Shown here piece by piece: positions 13,352 to 20,470 of a stretch of DNA of 64,000 nucleotides (the stretch's first letter is position 1; each line of letters starts with the position of its first letter). Source of the stretch: Gemmatimonadales bacterium (GTDB lineage Bacteria; Gemmatimonadota; Gemmatimonadetes; Gemmatimonadales; GWC2-71-9). Location of the stretch: assembly GCA_052389555.1 (NCBI GenBank), contig JBQTHV010000036.1, positions 18,531-82,530 on the forward strand, read 5' to 3'. Below the pieces are notes generated by a model, which saw only the letters and a list, made by a program, of their open reading frames with translations, was not told where the DNA came from and ran no database searches. The position numbers and the translations under genes were made by a program.

Positions 13352-14437
13352 ATGGGGACGATGTCGAGACGCGGCAGTATCGTGCTGGCGGCGGCCATGC
13401 TGGCCGCCGTGGCGAAGGCCGGGGCTCAGGCACTCATCGCGGCGCCGGGAGGCGTCCTTGCCGGCCTGGTCCGGGACAGCATCTCCGGCTCGCCGGTGGG
13501 GTACGCGCTGGTGGTGCTCGACGGAGGCAACCAGCGGGTATTCGCTTCGGAGGCGGGAAGATTCTCGCTGAGCGGCCTCGCTTCGGGACCGGTCACCCTG
13601 CGGGTTCAGCAGATCGGGTATCAGGGTGTGGCGCTCCGTCTGGTTCTCGACACCCAGGCGGCAGCTCCCGCAGCGCTCACGGTTTCGCTGGTTCGCCAGC
13701 CATTCGTGCTGCCCGATGTCATCGTGTCGGATGGCTGTCCCAACGCCGAGCTGGGTGCGGGCGAGAGCGGGACCATTCTCGACGAGGCCTTCAAGAACGC
13801 GGAACGGCTGCTGACGCTTCAGCAGAACTATCCGTATCGGAGCTCGATGGAACAGGTGACTGTCATTCTCGATGCCAACAACATCGCGCTAACCCGGCAG
13901 GTCGATACGATCAGAATCGACAGCAAAACAACCAGTAGCTATCAGAAGGGGAAGGTGCTGCGGTACGTGCGCTCGCTGGAGTGGGGCCGCCCGATTCTCC
14001 GGGAGCACGCGGTGTATTTCCAACCGGCCGACCTGGCCGGGAATGAATTCCGCCGGCACCACTGCTTCTGGTATGCCGGGCCAGACAGCGTCGAGGGGTT
14101 TCCAGGGTACCGGATCGACTTCCGCCCGGTCGCGTCGGTCAGGACGCCGGACTGGGCCGGATCGCTGATCATCGACTCGGCGGCAATGCACATCCTCCGT
14201 TCCGATGCCAGGCTGGTGAACCTGCCGCGGAACGGGACCGCGTTTCGATCGGCGGAGTGCACGGTCACCTACGTTCAGTTCGCTCCGACCCTGGTCCACG
14301 AATATCGGGCCACCTGCAACACCACCCACAATTCGCGACCCCCAACCTCATCGGTGCGATACTGGCGCCTGCTGGAGCACGCGTTCCTGGAACGGAGACC
14401 GCAGGGCCCGGACCAGCCGCCACCACGACAGCCCTAA
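13352..14437 (+). CDS. secreted hypothetical protein with N-terminal carboxypeptidase-regulatory-like domain
   Basis: Signal peptide SIVLAAAMLAAVAKAGAQA, then GLVRDSISGSPVGYALVVLDGGNQRVFASEAGRFSLSGLASGPVTLRVQQIGY (CarboxypepD_reg-like). The remainder is unassigned. Confidence 0.6.
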   Translation: MGTMSRRGSIVLAAAMLAAVAKAGAQALIAAPGGVLAGLVRDSISGSPVGYALVVLDGGNQRVFASEAGRFSLSGLASGPVTLRVQQIGYQGVALRLVLDTQAAAPAALTVSLVRQPFVLPDVIVSDGCPNAELGAGESGTILDEAFKNAERLLTLQQNYPYRSSMEQVTVILDANNIALTRQVDTIRIDSKTTSSYQKGKVLRYVRSLEWGRPILREHAVYFQPADLAGNEFRRHHCFWYAGPDSVEGFPGYRIDFRPVASVRTPDWAGSLIIDSAAMHILRSDARLVNLPRNGTAFRSAECTVTYVQFAPTLVHEYRATCNTTHNSRPPTSSVRYWRLLEHAFLERRPQGPDQPPPRQP

Positions 14438-14447
14438 CCCGCGCGAA

Positions 14448-15866
14448 TCACCCGCCTCCCGGTTCCCCTTTCCCGCCCGGCACGCCGAGCTCGGTCATCG
14501 CGCGGAGATCCAGGACCTCTTCCAAGTCCCGCCCGGCCAGGAGGCCCCGCTGGATCACCAGGTCCCGCACCGTGAGGCCGCGGGCCAGCGCCTCCTTGGC
14601 CAGCCGGGCCGCCTCGGCGTATCCAATCCGCGGCGCCAGCGCGGTGACCAGCGCGGGACTCTGCTCCAGCCACCAGGCGCACCGGGCCGGGTCGGCCTCG
14701 ATCCCTCGCACGCAGCGCTCGTCGAACACCCGGCTCGCGTTGGCGAGGATGATGAGCGCGAACAGCAGGTTGTGCGCGATCACCGGCATCATCACGTTCA
14801 GCTCGAGCTGCCCGGCTTCCGACGCCAGCGCCACGGTTTGGTCCAGCCCCAGCACCTGCAAGCACACCTGATTCACCATCTCGGCGATCGAGGGATTGAT
14901 CTTACCGGGCATGATGCTCGAGCCGGGCTGCACCGAGGGCAGCACGATTTCGGCGAGCCCGGTACGCGGCCCCGACGCGAGGAGGCGCACATCGTTGGCG
15001 ATCTTGTTGAGATCGAGGACGTAGGCGCGGAGCGCGCCGCTCAGCGTGGCCAGGTCGCCCATGGACTGCATCAGCTGGACTCGATCGATGCCGGGCCGAA
15101 GGTCCATGCCCGTCAGGGCCCGCAGGTGCTCGACGATCCGCTGGGGATACGCGAGCTCGGCATTGAGTCCGGTCCCCACCGCCGTGCCCCCGATGTTGAG
15201 CTCCCGAAGCCATTCGGCGGCCTCCCCCAGCTTGGCCCGATGGCGGGACACGGTGTGCCCATACGCGGTGAATTCCTGGCCGAGCCGGATCGGGGTGGCA
15301 TCCTGGAGATGGGTGCGACCGGCTTTGACCACGTCATCGAACTCGGCGCCTTTTGCCTGGAGCGACCCGGCCAGACCTTCCATGGCGTCGAGCAGCTGCG
15401 GCAGGGTGGCGAGCGTAGCCAGCCGAATCGCGGTGGGGATCACGTCGTTGGTGCTCTGTGCCATGTTGACGTGATCGTTGGGATGCACCGGCGCGTAGCT
15501 CCCTCGCGCCGCGCCGAGCAATTCGTTCGCCCGATTGGCCAGCACCTCGTTACAGTTCATGTTGTGGCTGGTACCGGCGCCGGCCTGATAGACGTCGACG
15601 ACGAATTGCTCGCGGTGCTGGCCGGCCAGAACTTCGTCGGCCGCCCGCACAATCGCCTCGGCGAGGTGCGACGGTAACCGGCCGGTGTCGCGATGGGTCA
15701 GGGCGGCGGCCTTCTTGATCCAGACAACTGCGTCGACGAATGCCGGAAGCGGCCGGAGCCCGGAGATCGGGAAGTTCTCTACCGCCCGCAGGGTCTGGAT
15801 GCCATACAGGGCATCGGCGGGTACCTTCATCTCGCCAAGCGGGTCCTTCTCGATCCGAAAGCTCAT
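14448..15866 (-). CDS. aspA: aspartate ammonia-lyase (fumarase/aspartase superfamily)
   Basis: FRIEKDPLGEMKVPADALYGIQTLRAVENFPIS...QAGAGTSHNMNCNEV...GSSIMPGKINP signature. The call of aspartase rather than fumarase is by N-terminal similarity. Confidence 0.8.
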   Translation of the reverse strand: MSFRIEKDPLGEMKVPADALYGIQTLRAVENFPISGLRPLPAFVDAVVWIKKAAALTHRDTGRLPSHLAEAIVRAADEVLAGQHREQFVVDVYQAGAGTSHNMNCNEVLANRANELLGAARGSYAPVHPNDHVNMAQSTNDVIPTAIRLATLATLPQLLDAMEGLAGSLQAKGAEFDDVVKAGRTHLQDATPIRLGQEFTAYGHTVSRHRAKLGEAAEWLRELNIGGTAVGTGLNAELAYPQRIVEHLRALTGMDLRPGIDRVQLMQSMGDLATLSGALRAYVLDLNKIANDVRLLASGPRTGLAEIVLPSVQPGSSIMPGKINPSIAEMVNQVCLQVLGLDQTVALASEAGQLELNVMMPVIAHNLLFALIILANASRVFDERCVRGIEADPARCAWWLEQSPALVTALAPRIGYAEAARLAKEALARGLTVRDLVIQRGLLAGRDLEEVLDLRAMTELGVPGGKGEPGGG

Positions 15867-15910
15867 GCCCGGCTGTACTCCACGCCCAACGGTCGAGGAA
15901 CCCTGCCCTG

Positions 15911-16234
15911 ATGGCCGATCATTTCTTCTCCCTCTCGGGATGTGCCACCTACCGGGCCGACCGGTTCGTCAAGCTGGACCTGGTGGCGGGACGAACGCTT
16001 TTCCTCGGACTGAACTGCTTTGAAGACGGGCAATCGCAAGCCGTCCATACGCATGGTGGCGCGGACAAATTCTATCTGATCCTCTCGGGGAACGCGAGGA
16101 TGATCGTGGGCGAGCACACCGTGGACGCCGGTCCCAATACGCTGGTCTGGGCGCCGGTGGGGGTACCGCACGGCGTGGAACGGGCGTACGGGCGAACCCT
16201 GATGCTCGTCGGGATGGCGCCGCCGCCGGGTTAG
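15911..16234 (+). CDS. cupin domain protein
   Basis: MADHFFSL...QAVHTHGGADKFYLILSGNARM...VWAPVGVPHGV. ATG 15911 is chosen; the upstream part of the track ORF overlaps aspA in antisense. Confidence 0.7.
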   Translation: MADHFFSLSGCATYRADRFVKLDLVAGRTLFLGLNCFEDGQSQAVHTHGGADKFYLILSGNARMIVGEHTVDAGPNTLVWAPVGVPHGVERAYGRTLMLVGMAPPPG

Positions 16235-16860
16235 GTGAGGAACGGGTTGGTAGCCCGCTCCTGCCCGATCGTCGTCGGGGGGCCATGGCCGGGGTAGACG
16301 ACCGTATCATCCGCCAGCGAAAACAGCTCCCGCCGGATGCTCGCCAGGAGCGTCTCGTGATCGCCACCGGGCAGATCGGTCCGGCCGATCGACCCCTGGA
16401 ACAGGACATCGCCGGCTAGCACGGCGCCCGGCACGACGAAACAGACATGCCCGGGCGTGTGGCCCGGGACATGACGGACCTCCACGTCGACTCCGCCGAT
16501 GCGGAGTCGATCCCCATGGCTCAGGGCGTGGTCAGGAGGGGGCAGCGGTGGTACTCGCACTCCAAGCCACATTGCCTGCTGGGTCACCCCGTCATAGAGC
16601 GGCCGATCAGCGGGATGCAGCCAGATCGGCGCCCCGGTCGCTTCGCGAATCGCAGCCACCCCGTGGATGTGGTCGAGGTGCGCGTGGGTCAGCCAGATCG
16701 CGGTGATCTGCCGGCTCCGCCGCGCGGTTTCGGCGAGAAAACGCGCGGTCTCCTCTCCGGGATCGACCACAACGGTATCCGGGTGCTCCGGATCGCAGAC
16801 CAGATAGCAGTTCTCGGCGAAACTGCCGTTGGGAATGAGGACAATCTCGAGCGAGGCCAC
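16231..16860 (-). CDS. MBL-fold metallo-hydrolase (glyoxalase II-like)
   Basis: THAHLDHIHG (HxHxDH) ...HVPGHTPGH...GDVLFQGSIGRTD. GTG 16860 lies just after the trxB stop; the longer track ORF would overlap trxB. Confidence 0.82.
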   Translation of the reverse strand: MASLEIVLIPNGSFAENCYLVCDPEHPDTVVVDPGEETARFLAETARRSRQITAIWLTHAHLDHIHGVAAIREATGAPIWLHPADRPLYDGVTQQAMWLGVRVPPLPPPDHALSHGDRLRIGGVDVEVRHVPGHTPGHVCFVVPGAVLAGDVLFQGSIGRTDLPGGDHETLLASIRRELFSLADDTVVYPGHGPPTTIGQERATNPFLT

Positions 16861-16864
16861 GAGC

Positions 16865-17821
16865 TCAGGCTGCGCCGGCCACCACTTTCGCCTTGCGCTC
16901 GGTGAGGTACTTCTCGACCGCGATGGCCGCCGTGGTGGCATCGCCGACCGCGGTGGTCACCTGGCGGGTGAGCTGAACTCGTAAGTCGCCGGCGGCGAAC
17001 AGGCCGGGGATCGACGTCATCATGCGATCATCGGTCAGGAGATACCCCGCCGCGTCGTGGGCAACGTGATCCTTGACGAGCCAGCTATTGGGCGTGAATC
17101 CGATAAACACGAAACAGCCGGACACCGGCAGCCGGGACCGCGCGCCGGTGACCGCATGCTCCAGCTCGAGATGGCGAAGCCCGGTCTGGTTGCCCACCAT
17201 CTCGGTGACCCGGGAATTCCACAGGATCTCGATCTTGGGATTCTTGAAGACCCGGTCCTGGAGGAGTTTGGAGGCGCGGAATTCATCCCGCCGATGGACC
17301 AGGAAGACCCGTTCGGCGTAGCGGGTTAGGTAGTCGGCTTCCTCCACCGCCGCGTCGCCCCCCCCGACCACCGCGATGCGCTCGCCCTTGAAGAAGGCCC
17401 CGTCGCACACCGCGCAGTAGGAGACTCCCTTCCCGGCATATTCCAGCTCGCCGGGCACCCCCAGCTTGGTGGGGGTGCCGCCGGCGGTCAGAATCACCGC
17501 CGGGGCGTGGTATTCGGTTCCCGAGCTCGTGGTGACCCGGAACGCGCCGTCGCTCAGGTGATGGATCCCCTCCGCGTGCTCCATCCGGATGTCCGCGCCA
17601 AACGCCTTGGCGTGTTCCTCCATTTTCGCGGCCAAGTCGGGACCCAGGATACTCACGAAGCCCGGATAGTCTTCGATCTTTTCGGTGTTGAGCAGCTCGC
17701 CGCCGGGAATCCCCCGCTCCAGCACGACGGTCCTGAGCATACCACGGCCGGCGTAGAGTGCAGCACAGAGACCCGCCGGTCCGGCGCCGACGATGATGAC
17801 GTCGAAGTTTTCGGAGGGCAT
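16865..17821 (-). CDS. trxB: thioredoxin-disulfide reductase
   Basis: DVIIVGAGPAGLCAALYA..., redox-active CAVCDG, and the second dinucleotide site VVGGGDAAVEEA. Confidence 0.94.
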   Translation of the reverse strand: MPSENFDVIIVGAGPAGLCAALYAGRGMLRTVVLERGIPGGELLNTEKIEDYPGFVSILGPDLAAKMEEHAKAFGADIRMEHAEGIHHLSDGAFRVTTSSGTEYHAPAVILTAGGTPTKLGVPGELEYAGKGVSYCAVCDGAFFKGERIAVVGGGDAAVEEADYLTRYAERVFLVHRRDEFRASKLLQDRVFKNPKIEILWNSRVTEMVGNQTGLRHLELEHAVTGARSRLPVSGCFVFIGFTPNSWLVKDHVAHDAAGYLLTDDRMMTSIPGLFAAGDLRVQLTRQVTTAVGDATTAAIAVEKYLTERKAKVVAGAA

Positions 17822-17846
17822 TGCTGAAATATAGCCATTGGTTATC

Positions 17847-17881
17847 GGTCTTCGGTCTTCAGTCTTCAGTCCTCAGTCGCC
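17847..17881. repeat. tandem heptamers GGTCTTC GGTCTTC AGTCTTC AGTCCTC AGTCGCC
   Basis: Five consecutive 7-nt units span the 3' end and stop codon of the PHP gene, 26 nt upstream of the trxB ATG. The same unit (complement GAAGACT/GAGGACT) recurs at 28371-28398. Confidence 0.85.
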
Positions 17882-18701
17882 GATCCAACAACTCCAGCCA
17901 CTCCAGGGGGACTTCCTGCGACCCGATCATGGCGTGGCTCGCTTCGGGATTGTCCTCGCCGTGCCAATCGCTTCCCCCGGTGCGCGACAGGTCGAGCGGC
18001 TGGGCTAGTCCCGTGAGACGGTCTCGGAACTCTCCCGAGTGCGCAGGATGCCGGATCTCCACCGCATCGAGCCCTTCTGCTTTGAACGTCTCGAGGATCG
18101 CGCGAGTGGCATGCGCCCGGAGATGCGCGGCGGAGACCAAGCCACCGACGCGATGCACCTGGTCGGCCACCTCGCGGAAGGAGGGCAACCGTTTCTCCAC
18201 GTAGGCCCGCCGCCCCTTCGCGAGCCATAGCTTGAACGCTTCCTCGACACTGGCGACTTTGCCCAGGCGCACCAGGGCGCGAGCCAAGTGGGGGCGGCCC
18301 ATCGCCCCCGATCCGGTTTCCGCCGCGAGGTCTTCGAACGAGACATCAACCCCCCAGGCTTGCAGCCCTTCCACCATCTCCCGTCCTCGCCGAATCCGGT
18401 CTTCTCGACAGCGGTGGAGAAACGCCGCCAGAACCGGGTCCTCGGCTCGGAGGAAGTACCCCAGCACGTGCATCTCGCCCCACGGGGCCGCGGTGGAGAA
18501 CTCGCAACCGCCCACCACTCGCACGCCAAGCCGTTCCCCTTCGGCCACCGCTTCCGCGACTCCAGCGACGCTGTCATGATCGGTGAGCGCGACCGCGGCC
18601 AGGCCAAGCCCGGCGGCCCGCCGAATCACCGCGGCCGGCGACAACACGCCGTCGGACGCGGTGGAATGCAGATGGAGATCGATCTGCCTGGACCGGTTCA
18701 G
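17859..18701 (-). CDS. PHP-domain phosphoesterase (TrpH/YciV-like); probable non-canonical CTG start
   Basis: ALTDHDSVAGV...GCEFS...GEMHVLGYF...GGLVSAAHL...GGSDWHG. The essential N-terminal motif QIDLHLHSTASDG lies upstream of the first ATG/GTG/TTG (18647). The only in-frame candidate start is CTG 18701, which overlaps the upstream TGA. Confidence 0.7.
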   Translation of the reverse strand: MNRSRQIDLHLHSTASDGVLSPAAVIRRAAGLGLAAVALTDHDSVAGVAEAVAEGERLGVRVVGGCEFSTAAPWGEMHVLGYFLRAEDPVLAAFLHRCREDRIRRGREMVEGLQAWGVDVSFEDLAAETGSGAMGRPHLARALVRLGKVASVEEAFKLWLAKGRRAYVEKRLPSFREVADQVHRVGGLVSAAHLRAHATRAILETFKAEGLDAVEIRHPAHSGEFRDRLTGLAQPLDLSRTGGSDWHGEDNPEASHAMIGSQEVPLEWLELLDRRLRTED

Positions 18702-18964
18702 GAGCGATACCCCAGCTCGGGTGAAGTCCAGGACGGTTGGGAGACCTTGAACAGCTCGATCAGCTCGGCATCGCGGAGCTGAGCCAGCGATGTCTCGCGG
18801 CTCTTGGCGCCGAGCGGGGAGTACCGGGCGATGCGATCCGGAGCGGAGCCCGCTGGCAGCCGGCTAAAGCGGACCGCGAATTCGTCCTTCTCATAGACGG
18901 TGACCCGGCCGGCCGGTTCAACCGCCCAGCGTTCGCCATGAATCTCGAGGATCCGGCGAGGCAT
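18698..18964 (-). CDS. hypothetical protein (88 aa)
   Basis: The ORF lies between E2 (2-nt gap) and the PHP gene (overlap) and has GC-rich third positions. I recognise no motif. Confidence 0.45.
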   Translation of the reverse strand: MPRRILEIHGERWAVEPAGRVTVYEKDEFAVRFSRLPAGSAPDRIARYSPLGAKSRETSLAQLRDAELIELFKVSQPSWTSPELGYRS

Positions 18965-18966
18965 GG

Positions 18967-20418
18967 CTACGCGAGCCCTTCCGGATCCTGCTCCAACGTC
19001 GCCCGAAGGTCAGCCAGGAAACGATCGGCGTCCGCCCCGTCCACGATCCGATGGTCGTACGACATGGCGAGCATGCCCATGGTACGAATCGCAATCGTGT
19101 CGCTGCCGTCGGGACCGGTCAGCACCACCGGCCGCTTGCCGATCGCCCCCACCGCCAGGATCGCTGACTGGGGTTGGTTGAGGACGGGCAAGCCGACGAA
19201 GGTACCGAAGACGCCGGGATTCGTGATGGTAAAGGTCCCCTTCTGCACTTCATCGGGGGAGAGCTTCTTGGCGCGGGCTCGCTCGGCCAGATCGCTGATC
19301 GCGCGGGCGATGCCGAGCAGGTTGAGCTCATCGGCTCGCCGAACGACCGGGACGATGAGTCCCCAGTCCATCGCCACCGCGATCCCGAGATTGATTTCGG
19401 CTCGGAATATGGTGCTCTCGCCCATGACCGAAGCGTTGAGCACCGCGTGGCGCCGGAGGTTCCTGGCCACCGCCGTGGCGATGAAGGCGAGGTACGTGAG
19501 ATTGACGCCCCGTTCGGCAAACTCCGCTTTCCACTGAGACCGGAGAGCGGCAACCCTGGTGTAGTCCACCTCGATCAGGCTCTGCACGTGGGCGGACACC
19601 CGCCGCGACATCACCATGTGATCGGCGGTGAGCTTGCGGATCCGCGACCACGGCTCCACCCGATCACCTTCCCAGGGCTCCACGGCGGGGCCCGGGATGA
19701 CGCGAACACCGGCACCGACCGTGAGGTCAGGCGGTTGGGCGGTTGGGCGGCCAGGCGGCTCGGCAGCAGGACGGCCAGGCGGCTCGGCGGCCGGACGGCT
19801 CGGCGCTTCCAGGTGCGAGAGCACGTCGGACTTGGTGACCCGGCCGGCTAACCCGCTACCGGGAATCGTGGAGATATCGATGTTGTGCTCCGCGGCAATC
19901 CGGCGGACCAGCGGCGTTGATTTGGTTCGGAGTCGTTCCTCCAGGGAACTCGGTTGCTCGGGAACTGGGCGGCTGGGCGGCTGGACGGCTGGAAGGCTCG
20001 GCGGCTCGGCACTCGGCGCTCGAGGCCCGGCACTCGGCGCTCGAGGCTCGGGGCTCGGCGGCGGGGCCGCTCTGGGTTTGGCAGGTTCGGGTTTCGCCGC
20101 TTCAGCTTTCGCGGGCTCGGGCTTCGCAGGCTCTGGCTTTGCCGGCTCAGGTTTCGCGGGTTTGGCCGCCGCGGTGGCGTCGGTCTCGAGCCGCGCCACG
20201 ACGGTCTGCACCGCGACGGTTTGTCCCTCCGGCACCAGGATTTCCGCGAGCACTCCGGCCACGGGTGCCGGGATCTCGGCATCGACCTTATCGGTGGAGA
20301 TCTCGAAGATCGGCTCGTCCCGTCGGACCGGGTCGCCCACCTTCTTGAGCCACTTGGAGAGGGTGCCCTCCGCGATAGACTCGCCCATCTGGGGCATCAC
20401 GACATCGACTCTGGCCAT
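18967..20418 (-). CDS. 2-oxoacid dehydrogenase E2 component (dihydrolipoamide acyltransferase)
   Basis: Lipoyl domain MARVDVVMPQMGESIAEGTLSKWLKK...EISTDKVDAEIPAP, E3-binding domain TPLVRRIAAEHNIDISTIPGSGLAGRVTKSDV, and catalytic MSYDHRIVDGA. ATG 20418 is chosen. Confidence 0.9.
   Translation of the reverse strand: MARVDVVMPQMGESIAEGTLSKWLKKVGDPVRRDEPIFEISTDKVDAEIPAPVAGVLAEILVPEGQTVAVQTVVARLETDATAAAKPAKPEPAKPEPAKPEPAKAEAAKPEPAKPRAAPPPSPEPRAPSAGPRAPSAEPPSLPAVQPPSRPVPEQPSSLEERLRTKSTPLVRRIAAEHNIDISTIPGSGLAGRVTKSDVLSHLEAPSRPAAEPPGRPAAEPPGRPTAQPPDLTVGAGVRVIPGPAVEPWEGDRVEPWSRIRKLTADHMVMSRRVSAHVQSLIEVDYTRVAALRSQWKAEFAERGVNLTYLAFIATAVARNLRRHAVLNASVMGESTIFRAEINLGIAVAMDWGLIVPVVRRADELNLLGIARAISDLAERARAKKLSPDEVQKGTFTITNPGVFGTFVGLPVLNQPQSAILAVGAIGKRPVVLTGPDGSDTIAIRTMGMLAMSYDHRIVDGADADRFLADLRATLEQDPEGLA
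19730..20165. repeat. coding tandem repeats in the E2 interdomain linkers (24-bp, ~21-bp and 15-bp periods)
   Basis: These encode SRPAAEPPGRPAAEPPGRPTAQPP, PRAPSAGPRAPSAEPP and AKPEPAKPEPAKPEPAKAEAAKPEPAKP. The DNA contains GGCTCGGC-type units like those at 33503-33555. Confidence 0.8.
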
Positions 20419-20470
20419 GGCCTTTCTCGAACCGCTATCAGCTAATAGCTCCTGACTGATCGCTGCGACC

